Assembly: GCA_016927495.1 (NCBI GenBank)
Contig: JAFGMP010000259.1
Location: 1 to 49,303, forward strand
Direction of reading: 5' to 3'
Length of the DNA stretch: 49,303 nt
Origin: Candidatus Latescibacterota bacterium
GTDB taxonomy: Bacteria; Latescibacterota; Latescibacteria; Latescibacterales; Latescibacteraceae
Shown: one piece after another, positions 34,391 to 44,449 of the stretch
How the letters are laid out: every line of letters begins with the position of its first letter
Numbering within the stretch: the first letter of the stretch is position 1
Made by a program: the position numbers and the translations under genes
Notes under the pieces: generated by a model
What the model was told of the DNA's origin: nothing
Database searches by the model: none
The model's input: the letters and a program-made list of their open reading frames with translations, nothing else

Positions 34391-37300
34391 ATGACTTCGA
34401 CTGTCATAGTGTTTTTAATAATGAATAATATTAAAAAATACCGGACTATAATTGTTTGTTTTCTTATTGTGTTGGTAAGTATACTGTGTTTTCCTGTTAT
34501 GCAATCTGAAGGAACGGTTCTCCTAACCGATGCCGAATTGGTGCAGGCGAAAAAAAATATACAAACCGAACCTTTAATGTCGTATTTCAGGAACCTTTCA
34601 ATAGGGGATGGAGGGCAGGCCGCTCCGGTATTGTATCTGCTTACCGGCGAGAAACGGTTTGCCCTGAAAGCACAGGAAACAGTCCATAATAACCTCGAAT
34701 TTCTCCGTAAAAATATACCATATATGGTCAATATCTGGATTCTTCGTACTCCCGGACCGGTAGTATCCGCTCTGCTCGCATATGATATGACAAAAGACAG
34801 CGGTGTTTATTCACAAGTAGAAATCAGTGAAATACAAGAAACACTGACATGGTGTATTACTCATTTTCTGAACGAGGGTACAGATCATATCGGCAAGGGA
34901 TTTCTCTACCAGACCGATTACATACCGGAGGATATGGAAGACTGGGTGATCGCCAATATGAATATCCACCGTCTGTTGGCTGTGGGTTTGTATGCTATGG
35001 TATTTCCCGATGAGCCACGATCCGATGAGATCATCCGGTACACCGAGGACTACTTCGAACGGATTTTGAGTCTCGGGTCACGGTCCGGCGGAACTTTTGC
35101 GGAAAATCCACGCTATATGGGTGGTGTCCTTCAGGAACTGTATATGCTTGCGGCTGCGCTCAAAAACGCCGGAAAGAGGGATTTCTTTCAGGATGAAAGA
35201 CTCATCAGAATGTTCGGCTTTTTCGCCGAAAGTATACCGGCGCCCGGTATGCAGGGAAAGTACAGGCCTACTATGATTGCTGCCGATGATGCGCATTGGT
35301 GGGAAAACCAGTCTGAAATATTATCCTGGGCCGCATCACGGTACTATAAAACTGACCCGACGAGAGTGGGGGAATGGATATGGTGCTGGAAAAACCTCGG
35401 ATCACTAATGACAGATAAAAGCCTTCTCTTTGTCAATCCCGATATTGAACCAGTCAAACCGGACTATACAAGTTATCTGCCGGGAATGGGATATGTGATC
35501 CTCAGAGAAAGTTTTGCAGATCCTGATGAAACTTTCTTTTTAGGCACCTTCGGCCCTGAATTGGGAACATCGAACCGCACCATGCATCATCATCCCAATC
35601 ACGGGGATTTTTCTCTCATCTGGCGCGGGTATCCGGTTATGCTGACACGGGGCTGTGCATCGTATGTATGGTCGAGAAGAATGCGTGACCAGACCGATTT
35701 TTCCCACAGTGTCGTAACATTCGATGGGGCAGGAGAATCTTCTGTGATTCCCGAAAAAAAATATGATTTACCGGCCCTCGAAACAAACGCTACATTCGAT
35801 GAAACATTAGTCCGTGATTATTATCCTGACGGTATCACAAATTATGTTTCAGCTAACAGTTTCGATTATGTAGCCGGCCATGTGCGTAATTGGGGAATCG
35901 GGCTTCCCGCTCCGTTCAATGTTCGTCATTTTATTCATCTGAAACCGGACGTTTTTGTTATCTGGGATCAGGTCAGATCACCCTATCCGCTGCAGTGGAA
36001 TATGCATCTTCCAGCCGAGAGTGTAAGACAAAATGGCAGGAGCATTGAAATAGTTAATCATGATGGTGTTGAGGTTATGATAGATTTTTTGCAGGATGAA
36101 CCGCTTGATTTTACACTCGACTGGCCACTGGAAAGCATCCGTCGCGAATGGCCGATGGTATTGAGTTGTCCGTACGGCAAAGGGATGTTTATTTTCAATG
36201 CACTCGATATTACCCGTCAGGTAATCGAGAACAACCATGAAGGTGCTATAAAAATTCTGGAAAATCTCCTGTCATATCCTGCACAGCCAAAACATATTGG
36301 CCTTATCGAGACAGACGGCCAAACCGAAACAGTCCTTAATAAGTTAGGATTTTCCTGCGAATTGCTCGGTTATGAGGATCTTGATGGCGACCTTTCTCGT
36401 TTTGACCGTATTATTGTAGGACATTTTGCTGTTCTCGTCCGTGACCGTGATATGCTCGATTATCGAGAAAAACTTTGGAAATATGTGGAAAACGGCGGTG
36501 TGTGTTACTGGGCATACCAGTTTGCATGGGGATGGAAACCGGGCGATACATCGGGGCCTGGGTATTTCCCCTATACACTCATGGTCGGCGAGGGCACCTC
36601 TGTGCTCTGGGGTGAGGGTATCGAACTTGACCGGCCGTTGACCATGGATAATGATTCCATCTGGAAAGGCCCAAACCATATCAATCCTGAAGACTGGCTT
36701 GGCTGGCAGGTTGGAGCGCCTGATACACTGAAACTTCTGCATTATAACCAAAGGCCGAATACCGACCGGGCGAGAAACATTCCCGTCTACTATTCGGATT
36801 ACTGGAATGTGCATGCATCGGCACTGCGGACATATAATATCGATGTACCGCAGACACGGAGCAGATTTGGACCGTACCGCTGGATTAAAGTTCATCATGA
36901 ACCATCCGATGATTATTTCGCCGTCCTGAGGTTACGGAAAAAGGGTTTGCCGGGAGCTGAACAGTTCGCAGAAATTCTCAAAGGTACAGAAAATGAAACA
37001 ATAATTCACCATGATGACAGCTATTGGCGGATACTTTTGGGTAATCACCCGGGAAACACCGGTAATCTTACCGTACTGAAATATGATAAATCGCAGGTGG
37101 AATCAAATTCAGCACGCTCAAAAAATGAGATACCCGATATTTTAAAACAAAACGCAATATTACCCCGTGAAATGCTGTTTGCCGATATGAAAGACATTGA
37201 AACCGGCGGTCTCAAATTTTCGTTCGAACATCCTGCGACTTTTTTGTATGATGCGTCAACACAAGCTGGGCGAATTTCCATGCTTGATGGCGGAAAAGTT

Positions 37301-37678
37301 ACTCTGCCGTGGGAACTGGAGAATATATCGATATCGGGTTCATCTATAAAATGTGATCATGTCGGAAACAGCACAATGTTCGGTCTGCCACCGGGTGAAT
37401 TTACATTGAAGATGGTTGGTAACAAGTTGATACTTGACCGGGAGATTTTCGCAGTCCGCGTGAAAGTGGTCGATCGAAACAATCAACCGGTACAATGGGT
37501 GCATGTTTTCCGCGATTTACCCGGAGATAGCAGAACGCAGTTTCAGGGCGCTACCGATGCTCAGGGTTTTCTGACTATGAGATGGGATGGGGAAGAAAAG
37601 CAGAGCATCACGTTGTCCAAAGGTAAGCAAAAAATCAGAAACACAGTGCATCCGGGGGAACAGATAATTACGTTTTAA
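34391..37678 (+). CDS. Large multidomain protein: heparinase II/III-like lyase region, GATase1/ThuA-like module and C-terminal beta-sandwich
   Basis: 1095 aa with an N-terminal anchor (IIVCFLIVLVSILCF). It has a His-rich motif, TMHHHPNHGDFSLIWRGYPVMLTRG, like the heparinase II/III C-terminal domain. The mid region IGLIETDG..FDRIIVGHFAV..GGVCYW resembles ThuA or the beta-gal trimerisation module. The tail VRVKVVDRNNQPV is CarboxypepD_reg-like. The alternative start is 34421. Confidence 0.55.
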   Translation: MTSTVIVFLIMNNIKKYRTIIVCFLIVLVSILCFPVMQSEGTVLLTDAELVQAKKNIQTEPLMSYFRNLSIGDGGQAAPVLYLLTGEKRFALKAQETVHNNLEFLRKNIPYMVNIWILRTPGPVVSALLAYDMTKDSGVYSQVEISEIQETLTWCITHFLNEGTDHIGKGFLYQTDYIPEDMEDWVIANMNIHRLLAVGLYAMVFPDEPRSDEIIRYTEDYFERILSLGSRSGGTFAENPRYMGGVLQELYMLAAALKNAGKRDFFQDERLIRMFGFFAESIPAPGMQGKYRPTMIAADDAHWWENQSEILSWAASRYYKTDPTRVGEWIWCWKNLGSLMTDKSLLFVNPDIEPVKPDYTSYLPGMGYVILRESFADPDETFFLGTFGPELGTSNRTMHHHPNHGDFSLIWRGYPVMLTRGCASYVWSRRMRDQTDFSHSVVTFDGAGESSVIPEKKYDLPALETNATFDETLVRDYYPDGITNYVSANSFDYVAGHVRNWGIGLPAPFNVRHFIHLKPDVFVIWDQVRSPYPLQWNMHLPAESVRQNGRSIEIVNHDGVEVMIDFLQDEPLDFTLDWPLESIRREWPMVLSCPYGKGMFIFNALDITRQVIENNHEGAIKILENLLSYPAQPKHIGLIETDGQTETVLNKLGFSCELLGYEDLDGDLSRFDRIIVGHFAVLVRDRDMLDYREKLWKYVENGGVCYWAYQFAWGWKPGDTSGPGYFPYTLMVGEGTSVLWGEGIELDRPLTMDNDSIWKGPNHINPEDWLGWQVGAPDTLKLLHYNQRPNTDRARNIPVYYSDYWNVHASALRTYNIDVPQTRSRFGPYRWIKVHHEPSDDYFAVLRLRKKGLPGAEQFAEILKGTENETIIHHDDSYWRILLGNHPGNTGNLTVLKYDKSQVESNSARSKNEIPDILKQNAILPREMLFADMKDIETGGLKFSFEHPATFLYDASTQAGRISMLDGGKVTLPWELENISISGSSIKCDHVGNSTMFGLPPGEFTLKMVGNKLILDREIFAVRVKVVDRNNQPVQWVHVFRDLPGDSRTQFQGATDAQGFLTMRWDGEEKQSITLSKGKQKIRNTVHPGEQIITF

Positions 37679-37758
37679 GCAAAAACACAGGTAATGAAAA
37701 AAATAACGCCAATTGACCTGAGATATTATCCCTATTGAAAAGCCCCGATTGAGCGAGG

Positions 37759-37859
37759 TTTTTCCGGTAAAGAAACGAAGCATGTCTGAGCCGCCGAAGC
37801 TGGTTATTGAACCTGTCGAAACACAGCGAAAGCGGTGAGTTCTGCGTTTCCCGGAAAAA
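37759..37859. repeat. ~100-nt imperfect palindrome in the 400-nt spacer upstream of the sugar MFS gene
   Basis: The outer stem is TTTTTCCGG(taaa)GAACG-type: 37759..37767 plus 37772..37777 pair with 37845..37859 (CGTTTCCCGGAAAAA). The ~67-nt interior has the small hairpins CTGTcgaaacACAG and GCgaaaGC. Confidence 0.6.
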
Positions 37860-37907
37860 AGCAGTGAAAGTGGAGAAAGGCTTTTCACGAGGGCGCGCTT
37901 TCTTTTG

Positions 37908-37940
37908 TTACTTTTCTTTGTTGCGTTCAAAGAAAAGTAA
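37908..37940. repeat. 13-bp perfect-stem hairpin TTACTTTTCTTTG-ttgcgtt-CAAAGAAAAGTAA
   Basis: Read directly from the sequence. It is AT-rich with no T-run after it, and lies 48 nt downstream of the previous palindrome. Confidence 0.6.
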
Positions 37941-38079
37941 GTAGAAAAATCATAAAGTCACAAAATATTTTAGGAAAAGTTAAGTTTGTTTGTTCTTTTA
38001 ACTACAATGAATTTGTGACTTTTTTTAATTTTTCGGATTGGTAATAAACGGATGTTATCAATCTTCAGATGAAAGTACC

Positions 38080-39348
38080 ATGAAAAAAACCCATATAGTA
38101 ATTCTAATCCTTGTCATATTTTTTGTCATTTCATTTTTGACAAACATTTTGGGTCCGATTATCCCCGATATTATCGATAGTTTTAACCTGAATCTGACAC
38201 TGGTTGCATTTTTACCTTTTGCTTTTTTTATTGCTTACGCTTTTATGTCAATACCGGCAGGAATCGGTATTGAAAAATTTAAAGAAAAACCGGTTATTAT
38301 TGCATCTTTTTTCATTGCCTTTATAGGATCAATATCTTTTGCCCTGAATCCGTCTTATATCATTTCGATTATCTCTCTGTTTTTAATCGGAATGGGAATG
38401 GCGATGCTCCAGGTCGCGCTCAATCCACTTATGAGGGTAGCGGGTGGAGAAGAGCACTTCGCATTCAATCTGGTTATGGTACAGCTTGTTTTCGGTTCGG
38501 CATCGTATATCAGCCCACTGGTTTATTCATATCTCGTTACCCACCTGTCGCAGGAAACCGGGGAAAATAATTTTTTGCTCAAGTCTCTGGCCTTAGTAGT
38601 ACCTGCAAATTTGGCTTGGATTTCCATATACTGGATATTTGCCCTTATTTCATTGATTATGTTGATATGCATGTATTTTGTACGGTTGCCACAGGTTCAA
38701 CTTAAGGAAGATGAACGTGTAGGTGCATGGAATTCGATCAGGAAATTGTTAAAAAACAAGACGGTATGGCTGTTTTTTCTGGGAATATTTGCATATGTCG
38801 GATCGGAACAGGGAGTCGCGAACTGGATGTCAAAGTTTTTAGCTGTATATCATGGGTACGATCCTCACGTGACAGGGGCAAAAGCAGTGTCATGGTTCTG
38901 GGGACTTTTTACTGCGGGTTCGCTGCTTGGAATGGCTCTTTTGAAATTATTTGACAGCAGGAAAGTTCTGATCTGGTTTTCAACGGCTGCAATGTTTTGT
39001 CTGACATTAGCTCTTTTCGGGCCGTCGCATATATCCCTGATTTATTTCCCGCTGATCGGATTTTTTGCTTCATCCATGTGGTCGATAATTTTTTCTCTGG
39101 GGCTAAATTCATTCTATAAACATCACGGCGCATTTTCCGGTATATTATGCACCGGCATTGCGGGCGGAGCAGTTGTCCCCCTGATTATCGGAGGATTGGG
39201 CGATCTTTTAGGACTTCGTTACGGATTGATGTTTCTATACATCACTTTAATATACATCTTCAGCATCGGTTTCTGGTCGACACCCCTCGTAACCAACAAG
39301 ACTATAAATCTTTCAAAATTAACGGGAAAATTAATAAGAAAACATTAA
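38080..39348 (+). CDS. Sugar MFS transporter (FucP/GluP-like)
   Basis: The start was moved to MKKTHIVILILVIFF (38080). It has 12 predicted helices. I recall the N-terminal pattern FFVISFLTNILGPIIPDI and the overall layout from fucose/glucose-galactose permeases. Confidence 0.7.
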   Translation: MKKTHIVILILVIFFVISFLTNILGPIIPDIIDSFNLNLTLVAFLPFAFFIAYAFMSIPAGIGIEKFKEKPVIIASFFIAFIGSISFALNPSYIISIISLFLIGMGMAMLQVALNPLMRVAGGEEHFAFNLVMVQLVFGSASYISPLVYSYLVTHLSQETGENNFLLKSLALVVPANLAWISIYWIFALISLIMLICMYFVRLPQVQLKEDERVGAWNSIRKLLKNKTVWLFFLGIFAYVGSEQGVANWMSKFLAVYHGYDPHVTGAKAVSWFWGLFTAGSLLGMALLKLFDSRKVLIWFSTAAMFCLTLALFGPSHISLIYFPLIGFFASSMWSIIFSLGLNSFYKHHGAFSGILCTGIAGGAVVPLIIGGLGDLLGLRYGLMFLYITLIYIFSIGFWSTPLVTNKTINLSKLTGKLIRKH

Positions 39349-39351
39349 AAC

Positions 39352-41325
39352 TCACTCTTCATTGTTCCTGTACACTTCTTCTTTGATTCCTTCTATTTCC
39401 TCGGAAATTTCGAGCCATTCCTCTTCGGCATGTTCTTTTCTGTTTTTCAGGTTTTCGTATTCATTAAGCATATCATTGAACAGTTTCTGGTCTTCACAAC
39501 TCGATGGATCAGCCAGAACAGCCTCGATTTCGGTGATACGGGCTTCAAAAACCTTAATTTCCTTTTCGATTTTTCCGATTCGGTTTTTGAGATGTTTTGT
39601 TTTTTGGTGCAGTTCATTGCGAAGTTCACCCTCGCGGCGTTTACGCTCCTTGTCAAGCTCCCTGCGATTGGGGCTATCGACCGAATCCGGTACGGCTATA
39701 TATTTAGCTGCTGCTGCTGATTCCTGTTCTTTTTTGTAACGGTAATCGCTGTAGTTGCCGAGATAGACTGTCACTGCTCCGTTATTAACCTCGATGATTT
39801 TGTTTGCTGTCTTGTCGATGAGATCACGGTCATGTGTGACGATGCAAAGGGTGCCGTCATACGAGGACAGTGCATCGACAAGCACATCCCGAGAGGGAAT
39901 GTCGAGATGATTTGTCGGCTCGTCCATGAGAATAAAATTGGCAGGCCGCAGAAGCAGTTTTGCAAGTGCAAGCCGTGCTTTTTCGCCACCTGAAAGGACG
40001 GCAACTTTTTTCGATACATCATCCCCGCTGAAAAGAAAAGCTCCGAGTACCGTACGAAGCCGCTCATCGTTTTCATCCACTGCTGCCCGCCGAAGTTCCG
40101 CAAGCACGGTGTTTTGATCGGCAAGCTGTTCGGTCTGAAACTGGGCGTAATAGACACCCCGGACATTGTGGCCAAGTGTGCGGATTCCTTCGGCGGGACT
40201 GAGTATTCCTGCCAGCAGTTTCAAAAGCGTGGTTTTACCCGCGCCATTAGGTCCGACAAGAGCAACCTTGTCGCCTCTGAGCAGTATCAAGTCGAGATTA
40301 CGGTAAAGGAATTCATTGTCGTCATATCCGAAACCGATCTTATTCAGGTTAATGACATTTTTACCGCACCTTGGAGACGGTGGTATGGAAAGCCTTACCG
40401 TTTTTTCTTTTCGTGCCTCGGTAACACGTTCCATTTTCTCAAGGCGTTTGATACGGCTTTGTACCTGTGTCGCTTTTGTGTTTTTTGCACGGAATCGGTC
40501 GATGAAACGTTGTTCACTATCAATAAATCGTTCCTGATTTTTTATGGTGGCTTCTATTGTTTCCCGTTCCTTTTCACGCACCATCAGGTAATTAATGTAA
40601 TTCCCATGATAGAGTTTGGCCTGTGAAGGCTCGAGGGCGATAATTTTTGTTGCAGTATTGTTAAGGAATGTACGATCATGGCTGATAAGCAGCACAGCGC
40701 CGGCATAATTTCTGAGAAACTGTTCAAGCCAGACGACTGCATCGAGGTCGAGATAGTTAGTAGGTTCGTCGAGAAATAAAATGTCGGGTTCGCTGAGCAG
40801 AAGCCTGGCAAGTCCGGCACGCATGACCCATCCGCCGCTGAATTCGCTGACCGGTCTTTTAAAATCACTTTCGCCGAAACCGAAACCGGCCAAAATTGTT
40901 TTTGCCTCATATTCGAGTGTATAACCCCCGGAATGCTCATAATGCGTTTCTATTTCACCAAGTTCCGCAAGAAGTTCCCGTTGTTCATCTGGGTCGGTTG
41001 TTACAGCAAGATTTTCGTGGATAAGTTGCCTCTTATGTTCCAACCGCTGAGCGAGTGAACGGGCGCGAGCAACCTCGCTGAGCAAATCGTTTTCGGGATT
41101 AAGCGACTGGTTTTGCTCCAGATATCCGATGGAAGCGCCTTTCTGAATGAAAACGTCGCCGGAGTCGCAATCGGTTCTTCCGGCAATTATATCGAGAAGT
41201 GTTGTTTTCCCCGAGCCGTTCGTGCCAACAATTCCGAGACGGTCCCGTCCCGTAAGGGTGAATGACACGTCTGAAAAAAGAGTACGGTCGCCGAATGATT
41301 TTGTTATATTGGAAACTGTCAGCAT
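39352..41325 (-). CDS. ABC-F family ATPase (two NBDs, no TMD, C-terminal coiled coil)
   Basis: 657 aa. Two Walker A sites ([18 protein letters not shown]), two signature motifs ([16 protein letters not shown]), an inter-domain linker and a Lys/Glu-rich tail. Confidence 0.9.
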   Translation of the reverse strand: MLTVSNITKSFGDRTLFSDVSFTLTGRDRLGIVGTNGSGKTTLLDIIAGRTDCDSGDVFIQKGASIGYLEQNQSLNPENDLLSEVARARSLAQRLEHKRQLIHENLAVTTDPDEQRELLAELGEIETHYEHSGGYTLEYEAKTILAGFGFGESDFKRPVSEFSGGWVMRAGLARLLLSEPDILFLDEPTNYLDLDAVVWLEQFLRNYAGAVLLISHDRTFLNNTATKIIALEPSQAKLYHGNYINYLMVREKERETIEATIKNQERFIDSEQRFIDRFRAKNTKATQVQSRIKRLEKMERVTEARKEKTVRLSIPPSPRCGKNVINLNKIGFGYDDNEFLYRNLDLILLRGDKVALVGPNGAGKTTLLKLLAGILSPAEGIRTLGHNVRGVYYAQFQTEQLADQNTVLAELRRAAVDENDERLRTVLGAFLFSGDDVSKKVAVLSGGEKARLALAKLLLRPANFILMDEPTNHLDIPSRDVLVDALSSYDGTLCIVTHDRDLIDKTANKIIEVNNGAVTVYLGNYSDYRYKKEQESAAAAKYIAVPDSVDSPNRRELDKERKRREGELRNELHQKTKHLKNRIGKIEKEIKVFEARITEIEAVLADPSSCEDQKLFNDMLNEYENLKNRKEHAEEEWLEISEEIEGIKEEVYRNNEE

Positions 41326-41647
41326 ATTGATTACGTAAATAAGTGGTGAGTGAAATTTTAAGAGTACAAATATACGCTTTTACTTCGCCTTTAACAACGA
41401 ATTATAGATCAGATATTTGGCCCGATTAAAACATATGAGTGATTCAAAATGAAAATTCTTTTCGTGTGTTTCGTATTTTTTCATTGTTTAAGAACAGGTT
41501 TGAAAGTGTTCATTTCCGTTGAATAAAACTACCAGAAAAATTTTTAATAGTTAAATATTGTTTACCATTTGCGATGTTTCAATCCCTGATATTTCTTATT
41601 ATAGATGTTAACGTTTGCAGTTTTATCAAATACGAAAGGATCACTGT

Positions 41648-44221
41648 ATGAAAACGAATCGGTTAGCTGTTTTTGTGCTTATTATGTTTTCAATAACCGC
41701 AAATAGCGTTATTGCCGAACCTGTTGAACGTAAATATGCACCGGACCGTAAAGTTGATATACTGCACATCACCATCGATGTTACCCCGAATTTTAAGGAG
41801 AGAACCGTATCGGGAACAACAACGATTTCATTTGCGCCCATAGCAAAACCGCTTACCGAACTTCAGCTTAATGCAGTCGACCTGACGGTCACTTCGGTCA
41901 CTTCAGAGTCAAAAATCGAAGGGTATACGGTGACTGATGATTTTGTAATCATAACATTCGATCCGCCGGTTGCTCCCGATGTAAAAACATCGGTAACGCT
42001 TACTCACGAAGCGGAACCGAAACTGGGACTTTATTTCCGGACTCCGGACATGGGATACCGTGAGGAGGATACACACCTCTGGACACAGGGAGAGCCGCAC
42101 GAGGCTCCGCACTGGTTTCCCAATTATGATTATCCGAATGAACGTTCATCATCCGAGGTCATATGCCATGTACCGCAGGACATGACTGTTGTGTCGAACG
42201 GCAGGCTCATCACAGAAACAATCGATCGGACAACCGGACTGAAAACGGTATGCTGGCTGCAGGAAAAACCGCATGTGAATTATCTGATAGCTCTCGCTGC
42301 CGGTAAATTCAAAAAAATCGAATCAACCTATAAAAATATACCACTGGCGTTTTATACTCCGGCTTCTCAGATAGAACAAGCGTCGAATTCATTTAAGGAT
42401 ACTGCAGATATGGTAGGTTTTCTCGAACGTGAGATAGGTATTCCTTACCCATGGAATAAATATTATCAGGTTGTTGTTGATGACTTCAGTTGGGGCGGCA
42501 TGGAAAATACCACAATGACGATACTGAGTGACAATACCCTGTTTACCGAAGAAACGGAAAATATTCGTTCCAGCCAGCAACTTGTCGTCCATGAGCTTAC
42601 ACATATGTGGTTCGGGGATTATGTAACCTGCAAGGACTGGAGTCATTTATGGCTCAACGAGGGATTCGCCGTATATTATGCTCACCTCTATGACAGGTAT
42701 AAAAATGGCCCGGATTCAATGCTGTACGGGCTCTATAAGGATTCACAGCGTGTTCTTGCGGAGCGGGAGGTTCATAATCCTATTGTGTATAAGGAATATG
42801 AGGATGCAGATCAGCAGTTCGATTATCGTGCCTATCCGAAAGGAAGCTGGGTACTTCACATGCTGCGCACTGAGCTTGGAGATGAACTTTTCAGTAAGTG
42901 TGTGAAAACCTATGTGGAACGTAATGCTCTCTCAAGTGTAGTTACCGAGGATTTCAACTCGGTGATCGAAGAACTGACCGGCCGTTCGTACGACAGATTC
43001 TTCGATCAGTGGGTATACCATGCGCGACATCCCGATCTGAATGTCAAATATTCGTGGTCGGAGAAAGAAAAACTGGCAAAAGTCACGGTTGAACAGACTC
43101 AGACGGTTGATGATAATGTTATGCTGTATCATTTCGACACAAAAGTTCGCTTTGTGGTGAATGACGCCATTGTTGACAGGAATATATCGGTCGATAAAGC
43201 CAAACATGATTTTTACTTTCCGCTGGTTGATGAACCGGAAATAGTGAGGTTTGATCCCGATTACGGGCTATTGTGCACTATTACGTTCGACAAACCGGCA
43301 GAGACACTTTATGCACAGCTTGTAAATACGGATGATGTAATCGGTCGTATTAGGGCTGTCGAAGCGCTGAAAGAAAAAAAGGACAGGAAAACGGTGGAAA
43401 AACTGCAAGAAGCGCTCAATTCGGATTCATTCTACGGTGTCCGTATCGAAGCATCGTCGGCGCTTCGTAATATCCACACCAACGAGGCGTTCGATGCCCT
43501 GTCAGCTTGTATTGACCAGCCCGATGCACGGGTCAGGCTTCAGGTAGTTCGGGATATCGGCGGTTTTTACCGGCCCGAAAGCCTGAAACTGACAACACAA
43601 ATACTCGAAAAGGAACAAAATCCCGATATTCTGTATGAAGCCATACGAAATCTCGGCCGGTATCACCATCGAGTAACAAAAAAAATGATTACCGGGTTTC
43701 TTCAATCTCAATCATACCGTAACAGGCTTACCGATGCTGCCATATCGGCGATACGGCAGCTTGATGACCCTGTTTACATAAAACCGCTGCAGAAAATCCT
43801 TGAGAGTAGGGAGAAAGATTTTACGTCCTTTGGATTTGTACAGGGGCTTGATGCACTGGCGTATATAACACGAAACGAGGATGATAAATCCGGGGTGAGG
43901 GAGTTTCTGACCGACAGGGTAAACCATAAAAAAATGCGGGTACAGATCGGCGTTATCGATGCTCTCGGTACTCTTGGCGATCCCAGGACGATTCCTGTAC
44001 TTGAAACATTCGCTGGTAATGATTCGGATGACAGAATACAGAAGGCCGCACAAAATGCATTGAAAAATGTTCGTGAGGAAAAGGATATAGTACCTGAAGA
44101 AATCATGTCTCTTCGCGAGGTTGTCGATGAACTTAAAAAAGAAAATGATGAGGTGAAAAAAGACCTGGAAGATATAAAAAAGCGTCTGGAAGCCACTGAA
44201 GAGGGAAAAGAGGGTAACTAA
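41648..44221 (+). CDS. M1-family zinc aminopeptidase with signal peptide and C-terminal HEAT-repeat and coiled-coil region
   Basis: GGMENT exopeptidase motif, zinc site HELTHMWFGD...WLNEGFA, HEAT-like repeats (RIRAVEAL, VRIEASSAL, VRLQVVRDIG, VQIGVIDALG). The start was moved to MKTNRLAVFVLIMFS (41648). Confidence 0.9.
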   Translation: MKTNRLAVFVLIMFSITANSVIAEPVERKYAPDRKVDILHITIDVTPNFKERTVSGTTTISFAPIAKPLTELQLNAVDLTVTSVTSESKIEGYTVTDDFVIITFDPPVAPDVKTSVTLTHEAEPKLGLYFRTPDMGYREEDTHLWTQGEPHEAPHWFPNYDYPNERSSSEVICHVPQDMTVVSNGRLITETIDRTTGLKTVCWLQEKPHVNYLIALAAGKFKKIESTYKNIPLAFYTPASQIEQASNSFKDTADMVGFLEREIGIPYPWNKYYQVVVDDFSWGGMENTTMTILSDNTLFTEETENIRSSQQLVVHELTHMWFGDYVTCKDWSHLWLNEGFAVYYAHLYDRYKNGPDSMLYGLYKDSQRVLAEREVHNPIVYKEYEDADQQFDYRAYPKGSWVLHMLRTELGDELFSKCVKTYVERNALSSVVTEDFNSVIEELTGRSYDRFFDQWVYHARHPDLNVKYSWSEKEKLAKVTVEQTQTVDDNVMLYHFDTKVRFVVNDAIVDRNISVDKAKHDFYFPLVDEPEIVRFDPDYGLLCTITFDKPAETLYAQLVNTDDVIGRIRAVEALKEKKDRKTVEKLQEALNSDSFYGVRIEASSALRNIHTNEAFDALSACIDQPDARVRLQVVRDIGGFYRPESLKLTTQILEKEQNPDILYEAIRNLGRYHHRVTKKMITGFLQSQSYRNRLTDAAISAIRQLDDPVYIKPLQKILESREKDFTSFGFVQGLDALAYITRNEDDKSGVREFLTDRVNHKKMRVQIGVIDALGTLGDPRTIPVLETFAGNDSDDRIQKAAQNALKNVREEKDIVPEEIMSLREVVDELKKENDEVKKDLEDIKKRLEATEEGKEGN

Positions 44222-44279
44222 TCCGAGTAATTAAACTTTTTCAATAATGGTAAAAAACCCTGTCATTTTAATATCTCTT

Positions 44280-44348
44280 GTCATTCTGAACGAAGTGAAG
44301 AATCTCGTATTTATTTTTTTTGAGACTCTTCGTTTCACTCAGAGTGAC
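44280..44348 (+). repeat. 69-nt imperfect palindromic element, copy B
   Basis: GTCATTCTGAACGAAGTGAAGAATCT-cgtatttatttttttt-GAGACTCTTCGTTTCACTCAGAGTGAC. It lies 59 nt after the aminopeptidase stop and has the same orientation as copy A. Confidence 0.9.
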
Positions 44349-44449
44349 AGTCTATGAATTATAGTCATAAGAACCATATTTTTAATTTACGAAAATTTTT
44401 TATGAATTATTGGAAATAATAGGATTTACCCAAAACAACTAAAAAAACT

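Noticed and set aside
37517-37930. 137-aa minus-strand ORF in the spacer after the 1095-aa gene
   Set aside because: Its sequence is a read-through of the palindromic repeats and the 3' end of the neighbouring gene. It is low-complexity and Arg/Ser/Phe-rich, with no motif.
39346-39354. Convergent MFS and ABC-F genes whose stop codons are only 3 nt apart, with no terminator hairpin
   Set aside because: The observation is real but unremarkable. Tight convergent junctions are common, and nothing in the sequence points to a specific function.
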